The notes under the pieces were generated by a model. The model was not told the origin of the DNA and did not search any database. It saw only the letters and a list, made by a program, of their open reading frames with translations. From NCBI GenBank assembly GCA_030704615.1, contig CM060731.1, forward strand, positions 87,172,001-87,236,000: DNA of 64,000 nt. Reading direction: 5' to 3'. The position numbers and the translations under genes were made by a program. Source of the stretch: Takakia lepidozioides. Taxonomy: Eukaryota > Plantae > Bryophyta. The first letter of the stretch is position 1. Every line of letters starts with the position of its first letter. Shown here piece after piece: positions 1-13,700 of the stretch.

Positions 1-80
1 GGTTTTCCCTTCTGTGTACCTACTGTGTCAGTGCTGAATTTTAACCTTGAAGAAATTGGTATATTGGGTGTGATTGTCAG

Positions 81-1320
81 GTACATCTACCATGTCCTCA
101 TTCCGGGGAAGTATCTCAGCGATGATCCGGTTTTCATTTACATTTGGGCGGACCCCTCTAAGGATAAGACAATGTACACGGCTGGGATTGCGAAGGACTG
201 GAGCAGGGTGCACTTCAGAGACTGCGGGTGGTACCTCGACTTACCAAAACAAGACACACCATTCGAGGAGGTGGTCATGAGGAACATCAATGACAACCCA
301 GCAGCACTGGCACCACTCAGTGACAAAGACATTCAAGAGAGAATTATTCAGTCCCCCGCCGCAAAGGAGCCGGAAAAAAGTAGCACTCCCAAGCGGAAGG
401 GGAAGGGTGCAGGAGATGGGAAGGGGAAGGGGAAGACTGTAGCTGGGCAAGAACAGGCTGTGCAGGACACCACGGAACGTCAACCTTCTCCGACTCGGAA
501 GGACAAGAGAACTCCGAAAACTAAAGAACAGCCTTACAAGGCCAGAGAGCACCCTTCTCGGGTTTTGGGTCAATATCAAAGTGAGGTGGTTAACGAGAGC
601 TTCTTGGCAATGATGGAATCCAGAAAATCCACATTCAAAGGAGAGAAATTGAAGACTTGGGATGTCCTGGTTTCTTTCCTCACTAAGGTGCCCACACAAA
701 ACTCTACTTTGAATGTTTTTTATTTCCTTATGGATTTTGATTTCTTGCTAACTGGTCTATTGTTTTGGTTTTGTGGAACAGGTCACCAAAAGGCCCGAGT
801 GGGTGAATGGAAGCCAACAAGCGTACGCAACTGACCTGGTGGTACTGGACATTCCGGATGGTTTGTCTGTGCCGGATGTGCTCCCTTCCAATGCAACACC
901 AACATGGAACAAGTCAGATGCCCTTTTTTGGCAGTGGGTTTTTTCTTTCAGCAACAAATTCTTGTCTGATGCAAGTGCTCTTCTTCTGTTACAGGCAAAA
1001 GACATGCTGGCAGCGGGTGAGTTTAGGGTCATCAACTAGCTCTTATGCTAGTTTCATTCGGTTGTGTTTGTGCATGTTGAAAAAACTGAATTTTTCGGGT
1101 GTGTATGCAGACTCGGGTATTCGAGGCTTTGTGCTTGGTGAGGTTGCGTAAGGACACCCTCCCTCCTAGTGTTGCGGAGTTCCAATTGAGGGACCTTGCA
1201 GCACACATCGACCCCACCTGTGAGCCTGTGGAGGACGATGTCCTGTTCAACTACGTGGACTCAGGGCGGACCTTGAAAATGACGAATGGTGTCCCGTGGA
1301 GAGGTGCTCGGGAGAAATCT
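81..1320 (+). pseudogene. Truncated, spliced N4/N6 DNA amino-methyltransferase-like gene (bryophyte/fern-type family)
   Basis: Exons 81-687, 782-1016 and 1111-1320 have GT-AG boundaries. Translation includes DLVVLDIPDG (DPPY-like motif IV) and DDVLFN...GVPWRGAREKS. The exon2/exon3 phases disagree and the SAM-binding C-terminus after REKS is missing. Family assignment is from recalled motifs. Confidence 0.55.
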
Positions 1321-2453
1321 CTTGCTGCCGACAAGCTATGGTTTCTACGAAGCCACCAGACCTGCTGCCATGCTCTCTTGCGCTCTCACGGCCCACCAGA
1401 GGCGCCCCCAACTCAACAAGCAAGCTATATGTTGCCCAACAAGCTCCATTTCTTCATGAAGTTCACAAAAACAAATATGAAAATACACACCTTTACAAAC
1501 TTGGTGCACATGCACTTCTCATGCATATCCCCTGGCTCTAGGACGCCTCGCTGCTGCCCTTCCAGCCCCGCTCTTGCCACTCCAAGAGCCCTTACACTGC
1601 TGAGTTTCAGATTGAAACTCCAACTCAGCACATGCTTCACAAGTGCACTGATTTGCACACAAGAGGGACCAGCCCCCTCTCTTCACTCATACCTCTTCAT
1701 GAGCTTGGCGTTGAAGCTCCCAATAGGCTGCGATGCATCCCCTTGCAGCTCCTCTATTGGGCTGCTCCTCATCTACCCACAACAACTGATTTCGGGCAGA
1801 AATACCTGGAGCTGATCATATCATCTCCAACCTGCAACACGCTAGCTTCCCATGCGCAGCCCACATTCCTTCAGCTCGTTAACTCGGCCTGCAACTGAAG
1901 AAGACGACCACCAGTTCGCCCACTCGTGGCCAGCATCTCCTCCGCTTCATACTAGAAGCCCAAACTTGGTTGCCATAGCGTTGAGCTATGCAATGCTGAC
2001 CGCCTCTCTATCCATTGTAAACTTGCAACCTGTTCGCCTTCGCACTCTATCCGCTTTGGATAGGCTCATGCACGGATCCCTGCACTCTAGGCTGAACCGC
2101 TTTTCATGATCTGAAAACACAAGTGCTACAACTAACTCAAACCTGGCACTCACAGACTTGAGCTGATCTTTCTTGAGTGATAAGAAAGGAAGGATGCAAG
2201 CACACAAGCTCTCTCAAACTCACACACTTGCACATGAAAACATCATTCATATTAAGTCGAGCCAAGTGCACCCCACGCCATGGGGAATCCACACTACGGC
2301 GCCATAGCTAGACGCGGTGAGGCTCAACTCGAGAAAGATAAGCCCACCGCGATCTGCCGTGAAGATAACAGCGCCAGGTGCCCAAACATATATTGGCCCC
2401 TGGATTGAAAATGTCAATATATCAAAACTAACTATTTCCTAGCTAGTTTCACA

Positions 2454-5400
2454 TTAGTGGTAAAATAACTTGACATTTCGTAATCGTTTCTGGTTCATCC
2501 ATTCGTCGTCTTCCACCATTGTGGATAACGGAGTAAACGACTCCAGCCTAGCCTGTTCAGACTGGACCAACTCCACCATCTCATGTCGTAGTTTCTCCTC
2601 TTCTTCCCAATGGACTCTCTTCATCTGGGAGAGTCGCAAAACCTGCGGTTCTTTTTCCATAACATTCTTCCCCTTCTGCTTTTGGTTGCGGGTCACTGTG
2701 CACGACTCCGGCTCTTTCGGGGCTCCCATGTTGACTACCGGGAGCCGCAAATTTATGGTCTTGTACGAGTTTCTGCCTGATCGGGCAGTCTCATACGAAG
2801 TGACCTTCTTCACCACAAAGAAAACAAGTCACTCTATACGGGACATTGGGGTCGCCGGGATTACCTCGTCCTCGGCCTTGGCCCTTGCCCCTTCCTCGTC
2901 CACCGCCATGATAATACCCATCGTTCTGGCCGTAACGGCCTTGTCCGTAGGCTTGCCTGTATCCTTGCTGGCCTTCTTGGCGAGCAACCTGGGTGGCTCC
3001 CTCATCCACTTGACATGCGGCATTGGCCTGGCCAGCCCGGTCATTTCTCCTGGTATGAAGATTGTACCAACAATCCTCGGTTGGTTCACTTTAACCATAT
3101 ATGAGGTATTGCATTTTCAATATACGTGCTGATGGCTAGAATTGGCGGCAAGTATCTATATTTTCGAAACTAGCAGATTATAATTATCTTATGGTTGGTC
3201 ATATTCCAAATGTTGCAATAAACCTTTGACAAAGCGCACTCCAAGGCAGTATGGCCCAGGTTCTTGCAGGTGGTGCAGTAGGTGTTGGTGCCAACCTTTC
3301 AACCACCTTCATCTTCCCCTTTTTTCCTTTCTTGGGTTCGTCCTGAGAATCTGAGCTGGATTCTGATGATGATGAATCGGTGTCCTCGCTAGACGCTTTT
3401 CCCCTATTCTTCCTCCTCCGTGTATCAGACTCGTAGTCCTCCTCCACAATTTGGGCTGATCGGAAGGCTCTCTCCAAAATGTCCCGAGGCATTCCAGAGA
3501 TATGCTCCCGGAAAACCTTTCGTAGGCCAGTATGAAAGCAGTCCCGTAGACAAGAATCCTGAGCGCGGGGTGGTGGCAAGGCACTGTTGAGCTTCTGGAG
3601 ACGCTTGTACTGAGTCCTCGACACTTTCCCTCTTCTTTTGCTTAATGTAGCGCATTGTCCGGTAGATGTTTTCATCGTTTTTGACGACCCGAATCTTCTC
3701 CCAAACGCCTCTCCTACCTGTCTCCATGTCACATTGGGCTGTTCTTCGTGGAATCATGTCCACCAATCGAAGTGTCCCTTACACAACGAGCAAGGAAACA
3801 GGGCGAGTTTCACCATATCACCAACATCTCTATTTGCCTTACAGAGGCTTCGAAGAGCCGAACATGTGAGTTGGGGTCATCCCCTTCTTTTATACTTCGC
3901 CATTGCCATTTTTGAGGCATGACGCTGTGCTCCTCCCGGGTGTACTGCCATGCTGCCCCCTTATACAACGACAACTTAGCCGCGGTATTACCGTCGACCC
4001 TTTCCCAATTGTCGTGGTAATGTGGCTCCTGATCCTTCTCCAATATGGGTTGTCCTTATGGCCAATTCCTCCGTTTACTGGGGTGGCGTCGTGGCCTGCT
4101 CCCTCTTTGTAGCTCCGTATGGCTTCGTAGCCAATCCCTCCCTCGTTACTAGGGGCGGCCTCGTCGCCTGCTCCCTCTTCATTCCTCCTAATGGCTTCAT
4201 TGTCAATCCTTCCTTCGTACAGCTGGTTCTCCCTTCGTTGCTAGGGGCTGCTTCGTGGCCTGCTCCCTGTTTGTTCCTCCAGGCGGCTTCCGATTCCTAC
4301 TTCGTTGTTAGGGGCAGCCTTGTGGTCTACTCCCTCTTCGCTACTCCGAGCGGCTTAGGCAATTCCTCCTTCATTCCTTATGGCAGCTTCGTGTCTGTTT
4401 CCTCCTTTGTTGCTAAGGGCGGTCTTGTGGCCTGCTCCTTCTGGCTTTATCACCGATTTCTTCCTTGGCACTAGGGGCGACTTGGTGGCCTGCTCCCTCT
4501 TCGCTGCTCCGAGCGGTCTCGTAGGCAAACTCTTCCTCGTTGCCGGTACTCACTTCGTTGTCAGGGGCAACTTTGTGGTCTACTCCCTCTTCGCTTCTCC
4601 GAGCGGTTTCTCCTTGATTCCAGACTTCCTTGGATAATGCAGCCTCTCCTTCTGCTTCCCAATACGTATCATGCTCGTCTTCCTCTTCAATCACCGTCCT
4701 TAGGCCTTGCTAGTTGGCGAACGTCCGGGTGCAGATTGTCCACAAGTGGTCGCACTCTTCCTGGCGTCTCCTCGCTCTGGTTACTCGGTCTGCTATTTCA
4801 AACGGGGTCAGATCCTCCTGGCTTATGCAGCTTTGCAGTACAAGGTCGTGAGCTCGACTCTCGTCCTCCCCTTCGGCTTCCTCCTGAACTAGGCTTACTT
4901 AGATTCCTTCGTCTTGCTTGTCTCTACCTTCGCCTTCTTCGGCCATCTCTCCTTTCCTTCAGGTACCTGTGGTAAATATGAGCATGGGTGGGCACCATTC
5001 ATGTCCATTCATGTATTGCTGTATTTCACCGCAGTCGCGGAGTGCGACTCGCCCCGCCGAGGGCCGGGTAGAGCCCCTGGTCACAGCTCATAGCGGTTGA
5101 AGATTACAAAGAAACACAAAATATGAGAAATAGCATGCCTCCTCGTAGCCAGTCAAAATGCACTGTCAATGAGATCTTTCTCTCAGTGCATTACGTCTGC
5201 ATTATCTGTCAATTTGGTCTCGATGGCCAATTATGAAGCACCTATCAGCTACATAGCTGGGGACGAAAAAGAGCAAAATTGGCCTGCAAAATCCTTAACA
5301 TGCGAAACGGGTGGCCCTTCCGGGAGATAAGGTTGCCAGTAAACTCTAGGCCGCGAGCACGTTCCAAGATACGTAAATCGATTGAGGGGCCTACTATGCC

Positions 5401-5862
5401 ATTTTTAAGGTTGATTAGGTACTGGCATAATCTTCCATCCAGATGTAGGGGTTGACTACTAGACTTTGCGCAAAATTAGCAAGAGGTGCACCTGCAAAAT
5501 TCTTAACGGAAACGCAATGGCCCTCATTGCTTTGCTGTGTATATCCTTCACACTTCTCGTCCTCTTTGGGTGATTTTCCATTTGTATCGTTCAACCTCGG
5601 CTTGGTCCCTCACCATCAAACACACCTTCAGGGGTTTTTACCTTCTCCCCTCGTAATAAAGTTTTGAGGGCCTCTGTCCCCTCTTCTCAAAAACAATAGG
5701 TCCCACCACCCGACCTACCGTTGGTGCCGCCTCTAGCTCGTCTTTGCAGCAGTCCGTTACTTCGCGGGCAGCTGCCCGCTGAACCATCTTGGCCCGCTCC
5801 CTCTCTCTAACGTCCCTTTCGCGCACACTCCGATTCGGCGCCGCCGCTATGCCTCTATCCAT
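2454..5862 (-). mobile_element. Degenerate Ty3/Gypsy-type gag region (no pol or LTR pair found)
   Basis: Zn knuckle CFLCGEEGHFV*DC (~2775-2825) after an RG-rich tract. Gag-core-like segments (IKQKKRESVED, DCFHTGLRKVFR) are broken by stops and frameshifts. Confidence 0.6.
4077..4610 (-). repeat. ~7 imperfect coding tandem repeats (EEGAGHxxAPSNE-like)
   Basis: Recurring AGGGGC..GTGGCCTGCTCCCTCTT core every ~60-100 bp. Confidence 0.75.
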
Positions 5863-7011
5863 CTGTGTTATAAGCTTTTAATGCAAGTTCCTGTTACCTT
5901 GGCACTTTCAATGATCCCTCGGATTGGACATGCATTGATCGGCTTGCATTATTCCTGAGTAAAGCTTTATGTTGCAGCACAAGTCCTAGAGAGACAGAAC
6001 TAAAGAGAGACACCCAAAATCACCATGCCAGTAGATTAATCTTGTCCTCATTCTGAGAAGTTCCATTAGATCTTTCTGTAAGTGTTCTCCTCTTCCTAAC
6101 CCAGCTGCACCTACTGAACCTGATTGTCTCATTCTGGATTCAAATTTACGTGCACCATACTGTTCTTTGAGGCGTTCACGGTAAACTAAGACATCGGTGT
6201 TGTTTGTCTCCTCATTTATTGAAGTTCACAATACATTTGTTACAAGTTTGTTCACTTGAGGTGCACATCTGCTTTTCCTCCTTTAAGGATATCATCTGTG
6301 ATATCACGGAGCCGGTTGGCAGCAATTCCGGTGCAAGCCCAAGTGTTCTCTGGTTAATTATTCGAGATATCCTTGTTGGTCAGCGCTGATGAGCTGGTGG
6401 GACTGGCTAACGACAAGACTGAAGAGGTGTGGATGGGCCAATTCATACAGACATGCTATGAAAGGTGTGATCGACAGTCTCTTGACTTCCCAATGATTAC
6501 AGGCCATGCAACTACGTGAGAAACCTGAAAATCCCTGTAATGTGAGGCTTATATATTATCTGGTTCAAAGATAAATCGCTCGTGGCCACCGGAGTTCATT
6601 TAGTGATTCGAGAAGGAAATTCAGGTCTAGCTGGACGTTCAAAATTTATGGAGCGGCCTGCTAGCAGTAAGCAAGCGGACTCCGAAGACATTATAAGGCC
6701 ACCCTACGGCAAGGAGAACAGCATCGGACGGGCCGTTTTGAAAGGGTCTGAGATTCTTTGCCCGGTGTCCACAAGCAATGCTGTTGCTATAGGAGAACAG
6801 CCAGAGCTGAGGTACGACCTCGACCGCATCGGCAACCTTCTCCTATTGAAAACTGCAGTGTAGGGATTGACAATATCTGATTCTCGAATGCCATGTTTTT
6901 GCGCGTGAAAACGTTCCCGATCGGATGACACTAGTACACCAGTATAATATCCTCAATCTGACCCTATAGCTCCATTTCGAAAACCATGGTACCCAATGCA
7001 CCAAAATGTAA

Positions 7012-7509
7012 AGCTCGTTTCAGACTAGCGACCGGACAAAACGCCTTGAACAAGTGTTGATACCATGTCATCAATAATCACCGGGCAAACTGTTTGCCAT
7101 AACCAGCGTTTTCAGACTATGTAGCGGACAAGACGACAGAGAGTGGACCAAAACAGACCCCTCGCCACTGCTTGGACCTTACAGATGTTGCATGGTGCCC
7201 AAATTGGATACATGAAATTTGACTACCGTTAGAGACAGGGCCTTGAGGAGAAACAAGCAGATTGATTTGCGGTTCCTGTGAAATTTGGTCTTTGGATACC
7301 ATGGTTGCACACAGTGAAGCAAAAGCTTTCCTACTAGAAGTCTTGGAGGAAGGAAGAGAACGCAGGAGCCGACGGTAGTCTGATTCAGAATTTAGGTTTC
7401 GACGGTGATGAAGTTCGCATTCTTGTCCAGTGGACAAACCGTGTGTGACAACGTGTAGCGGCCAAGCCACGAAATTCAATCTTGTCCGGCCGCTAGTCTG
7501 AAATGGGCC
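7012..7509. mobile_element. MITE, PIF/Harbinger-like
   Basis: 28-bp imperfect TIRs: AGCTCGTTTCAGACTAGCGACCGGACAA (7012) vs reverse complement GGCCCATTTCAGACTAGCGGCCGGACAA (ending 7509). Flanks are TAA / TGA. Confidence 0.6.
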
Positions 7510-7761
7510 TGATCATGTTGTCCCGGGGCATTAGTGCTAGGCTGTCAGCAGGGAGTACAACTGCCTAGTAGGGGTGTATTTAAGCATAACAATGCAGGAA
7601 AATTTATCTCCTGCATGGATCTAATTTCAGATAACTCAAGAAGCTCGTACGGTTTTGGTTTTTCGTCTTGTCCAACGTGCACGGGTTCAGAATGTATAAA
7701 TCTAGCATCTCTTCAGAATTTGCTGTAAGGACTGTGATAACGGAAGCTTCCGTCTTACACG

Positions 7762-10700
7762 ATGCGCACATGCAGGGCTTACAAGCTCGGTAAGCAGAAG
7801 TGCTCCTACAATCAAGTAGAGCTTGTCATAAAAGATGTTGGTGGCGGGAAGATCTCAGAGCTGAAAGTCTCAGAGGCGATTGAGAGCTGTGTGGGAACAG
7901 AGGTGGACGAGAAACTGCGAGAAAGCTGTCTGAAGTTCAACGTGCGCTTTGTTAACAACAACCGCATGCATTTGTACATCTATGTGGTGTATGCAAGTCC
8001 CTATGGCACAACTCGAACTGACAGTCGTGTGATGTATCACTGGATGCCTGTTACACGTTCCAAATGTCGAAAGGGTTGCACTGGTTCGGTCATTAGAGGC
8101 CTTCAGCGGTTTGGGCGAATGCCACGAAGAGGGGCCGGTACATTGGTTCAAGGGGAAGACTCTTGGAAGGAACCCCGTCATTTATACATTGCAATCGATG
8201 AAGCCAGCACACATGTTTGTCCCCGCCATGAGACCTCCAAATTCAGGCTGCTTGTTGCAGCCTATGATGACAAGCAACAACTTCTGGGGACCACAGTCTC
8301 CAGCAGCATTCGTGTTCTTGCAAACAACGATGCGCCTCTGGGAGCTGCGTCGTTCAAGCTCCACTTCAATATTGAAGGTACTCAAACAGGAGTTCTTTGT
8401 ATGACACTTGCATTGTCGATATATCATACAAAAACAGGGGAACTGCACCTGAACACTTTGTTTCGTTATTTACGTACGAATGAATAGCATACGAATTCCC
8501 TGGCATTATAAGATGGAGCATTGTGCATGACCTTACATGGCCAGGAGTCTAGGATCGGAGAATGCTCCAGCTCGTCGCATTCAATTGCTGTGTGAAGTCT
8601 TCAGCATCATAGGTTCTAATTCATGCACATGACAAGTAGTATTTCAGAATTTCCAGTGCCTGAAGCTTGAAATCTATTTACTGAAGATATCGTAGCTGTT
8701 TCTGACTCTTAGACGTTTCCAGAAACTGGCTGTCCACTAATTAGCAGAGGTGAAGGAGAGTCCAGGGCCTTAAATGCTTATATCTGAAATCACTGCCCTT
8801 TCACTCTGGTCAAGAAACTCTCCGTTGTGCAGCGTAAATACTTTAAATTTCTGCTGATAGCAGAAGATGTTTCAGACTTCATAGTCTTTGAGATTGATGG
8901 ATTAGATTTGCAAGACAAATGTGAGAGAGACCACCTTACCACATGTGTCACTTCACCCCACTTGAGGATTTCATTGCTGCATCAAATTGTACATGAAGGA
9001 AAACCTAAACGTTCGATGAGATGCCTAAGTTAGACAAATTATGCACCACATACTTTTTGGTTCCAGATGTAGATCTCATCAATATTTATGTTAATCCTGT
9101 AGGTGGTTGGGGTACTGGAGCTGCTGCATCTCCTTCACCACTCAGAAGTAGCAGAATCCAATTAGGAGTACTTGAGAAGGCTGTCCTCCTCTGCAATCGA
9201 GTACCTCTTCAAGGTAAATTGTCTGTTCAGCTGTCAGAACTCAGCATTTTGTAGAATAACTGTCCTGTCTATCTATAGATCTTGTTCCATATTGACTCTT
9301 TTATAGATTCACCTCAAACGGTCTCAGATATATGAGAGTGAAAACAAGTTTTCAAGATTACACTCCATGCATTTCTCAAACTGCATCAAGCAAGTAAGAA
9401 CTGGAGGTTTTCGGTACCAGAATATAATCATGTTACAAAGTCTCAATTTTCTAATTTCAGTAGGGAAAACCAGATACTGTAGGCACTTGGACAGCAATTG
9501 CATGGAGGCTTCTTGAATGCGTTTCTATCATTCTGCTGCTTTCAACAAGCAAGGAGGTCAAGGACTGTATAATTCTCACTTGTTTAGTTCCTTATAAGCT
9601 AAAATGACACCACTGGACCTCCATGTGATTGCTACCAGTTATCCTCCAGAACAGTCTCAGACCTGCAACAACAGAGGATGGAGTCAAGGTTGATATCTCT
9701 CCATCAACTTACACTGTTCCACCACCGACACGGATGAATGAGCACCACCAAGCCTCTGGAAACAAGGTAGGAATGATAGTAGCTTCCCTGAATAGGACAT
9801 CTTTGAACCTACATATTCTGTCCAGACATTGCAACTACCTTTTTCTTGCCTGTCAGAATTACATTATTCATGGAAAATGTTTATGCAATTCCTACCAGCA
9901 GTTCTATCATTTGAAAGATTAGATAGCACTGCCAGGCAATTTTGTACCTCATAGTTGTGGTGTCTAAAATAGTACAGTCGAAAATATGGGTTGATGTCCA
10001 GCTAATCCACGTGTGCAAGTCCCTGGGTCCAACGAAGTGCTCGACATCCTGACCAATACTTCCAGTTGAACAATGCTAGATGTTAATTGAATATCGTCCA
10101 TCAGCTGTAACACATGGTATTTAGACAAATCCTTAAGCAAATGATAACATCAGACAGGAGTCGATGTATCTACAAAAGTTAATCCAACAATATTTAAACC
10201 AAGTGGTGAACTATTTTAATGGACCGGAGAGCTACAAATCTGGAGCTTGCATTGTTATATTGCTCTTAAATTGCTTGAGATAAGAGGGAAGCGTCCACGC
10301 CCGGGGGTGTCTGGAAAAAAAAACTGTAACAAGCTGATCTTCTCAAGTATCCAGGTCGACAACCAAATGTCATGCATAGACAACCTAACCATTAACTTGG
10401 CTCCTTCAAGAAAGGTAGCTTCCGACATCCAAAAGGAGCACTCTCTTACGCAGCTCTGTGAAAGGTAGGGTCAAAACTTCTCTTTGCACTTGAGGGGTTT
10501 TCTAAAGTTGGATCATATTACCATGATTATCTGGGCAACATAAAACTCTTAAAATCCCGTATACAGTTCCAGGTAGCAATATTGGTGTGGCTTGTTGTTA
10601 GATCTCAAGTCAGAAAGTATAAGTAGAGTTCTCGTGACTGATAACTTGGGAAAGGCTTGGGAAACTGTACTGCCTCATAAATGAAACATGAAGATATCTT

Positions 10701-13700
10701 GACATATTGCAACATAAGTGCAACAAAGCATCTGTTGCACACATAGAGGCAACCCATTCTCAAAAGGATAGGTATTGGCTGGATCAGTTCAGGGTTTATT
10801 TCATCAATTCTGGTAGTAAAGCCACAGCTGGAGGTGCTCAGGCACTTCAATTGCCATGTAGTCCCAGGATGTTATCATCCCAGAAAACATGTCAGTCGAT
10901 GCAATATCATTATCAATTGAGACTGCAATTAGAAACAATCAAGCACATAGTGCTGAGTCTGCACTTGCATTTACAAAATGAGGTGGTTTTAAACTTGCAG
11001 AATTCTGGAAGCATGTGCATTGAAACCAAATCAGGCAGTGGTGTCTTTACGGACTCTAGCAAATGTGGTAGGTGAGTATCTATCACCTCACCATACAGAT
11101 AATATACATAGCTTTGCTGCTGCTGAATCGGAGCCACAAAAGAGCCAGAAAGGATGATGTTTGCAATTATAATTAATCTCTGGCTTGCATCAAACAATCT
11201 GGATCCAAAATAGAATTGCTGTAGCCCTCCAAGACTGCAACAGTGCTCTTTATCTCTCAGGCACAAGAAGGCGGCGCATATCTGAAATTTTCAATGTTCT
11301 CGAGACTGTGCAAGTGGTGCAGCATAAGGGAAAGGAACACTTTATCTGGCTGGGTGGTTGTGAAATTTCGCGTGCACTTGCAAAGCTCTCCAAGGTACGT
11401 CGAGCAGTGAATGAGCAGACCGGTGCCACAGCTGTTCTGAAGTACTTTTTCTAACTGTCAAACAAGATCCACACTCACCTGTGCAGTAACGCAGATGTGA
11501 ATTGGTGAAACGAGAAGACCCCATGTGAGTCATTCATGCTAAGGCATTGCTGTACAATAGCACATGCAAGGGCATGCAAAAGAAACTTCATATGCATATC
11601 TATGCTTTACTTATAGTCTAGTAAATCCTGACCTTCTATATTCCTACCTTGAAGTTTTCATTGCACTTTCAGGAAAAGAGTCATGACATTGGCGATTCAA
11701 CTGTTCACGGTGAAGACATGGAACCTGGGAAAAGTTCAAAGATTAACAATTTAATTGAGCCCCTGGCTGGTCATGGTAAATCCTCACAATATCTTCTTCA
11801 CTCTGCAAAAAACCGTCACAATTCCTATCTAAGAGAATAAAACAATCAAACTTTCTTGCAGCCAAGACCCTTAAGTTGGGGAGCAGCATATTGCTCTTTG
11901 GAACTAGAATTGATGAGATTTGCTGATGTCTGAACTGATTTTGACATGTCACAGGTTCTGGGACATTTGACAATTCTATTGGTGTTCTTAGCAGAAAGCT
12001 TATACAGCTCTTTCTGGTTGATGTGGTAAGAGCCTTGCCACCAACGCAACACCTGTGGTCCAGACAGAGAGCATTTTTGCAAGTCTTCAACCTAGGTCTT
12101 CTGTTAAGGAATTGGTACCGCCTAATCCTAAATGTTTCTCTCATTATGCTATCGTGAATTTGTTGTCTGCTCTCATTCCTAACTCTCTGCATGTGGATGC
12201 AGCGATGCCCTGTGGCCTGGGATAATGTCATCACCACTCTCCTTAATAGCCACCAAAACGACCCTCAGGCTTTTCGATGTGAGTAAAATACTGAGATGGG
12301 ATGCACTGTCTGATGTAGGAGGACCAGTAAAGGCAGTCATACATTCTTTGGTTGGTTTCTGCCTTGGTGCAGGATGTGGGCCCTATGTGACCATGGTGTT
12401 TCTATGCTGCTAGTAACTGTTACCTGATTCCTTGGCAGCAAAAGGAAGGAGGCTATGTGAGATTGCAAGAATCTTCTCCGCCATGCACCTGGTGAAGAAA
12501 GTCACACACCATAAGTTCCCTGCATCCACCTTCTATGAGTGGCTTGGAGACAAAGGGGTCATGGAGCATCTTAATAGCTTGGCAGGCAAGTAGGCAGTAG
12601 ATTGCCTGACCCTGTGTGAGCTTCAAACTTGATATGTCCTGTCCAGAAACTTCTGCGGCTATGAAACTGTGACGATCCTTGTGTTCTGCTAACTAGTTTC
12701 TATTGGTAGCTCAATCTTAAAAAATATCGTCTTGTGAGTGAGAGTATTCTAGACAGAAGGATGAGAGGAGGAAGGCAGCTGACCACCATGGAGGACTTGG
12801 TAGCACCTGCAAATTAGTAGTGACAGTACGCTAGGAGTAATCTCTGTGTTGTGCAGTGATTCCACCTGTCTTCTGGATACATGAATAAATTTTGAAACAA
12901 AAAGACAGGTTTTGATAGCAATACTCATCGTCTTTTCACTTGCCTGTTCAGTTCCTGGAAAGCAGAATGGAGCCCGTCCAAGAACACACGTCTCAAGGTC
13001 AACGAAATCTCCAAATGCAGAAGGAGGACGAAACTCAATATCTGAGTCCAACACACACCATCGTGATGCCTCAACTAATGGCAATAGCTTGGTTTGCTGC
13101 TCCCTGCCAGTGAAAGTCCCGCGGCCTTCTGGTCATTCTGAAAGCCAGAACCTACTCCCAAGGCAATCCAGAAGAAAGTTCTCTGACCTTACAGGAGAGG
13201 ATGATGCACCTTTCTACGCAAAACTATATGGCTTGCACGGGGCTGGGCATACAGAGCACAGAGATAATCATGTGCCTAAACGGCCCCGGATGGCTCTAGG
13301 CAGCTCCATGGGCACAAACCTCTCCTACAAATTTCAAGACGGTTGCACAAATAGCGCAGTGATCAATGATGCTCATGCAATGTGCCATTTGTCATTATCT
13401 GATCATATGCGGGGCCAGATTTCATCCCAATTGGAAGTCTCCACTACACAAACCCCAGATTGGCAGAAAGCAGGCCCACAGAGAGAGAGCTCTCAAGGAA
13501 AGGAGACTAAAGTAGGTTCCTGTTCTACACCTAGAAGCCATGGCAACACCCTACCAGAAATCAATCTGTTTCCAGTCAACTCAGGGGCCATCCATTTGGC
13601 AGAATGGGGGAGCTCCAATCCAATGAGGAGGGATGTACATACAGCAGCAATTACTGTTGATGATCAGATTCAAGATACTCCAAAGGCTGCTGATGATTCA

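Noticed and set aside
9307-9392. Additional exon of the DEL-like gene
   Set aside because: Splice-like ends exist, but inclusion in the required phase gives a stop; skipping keeps the frame.
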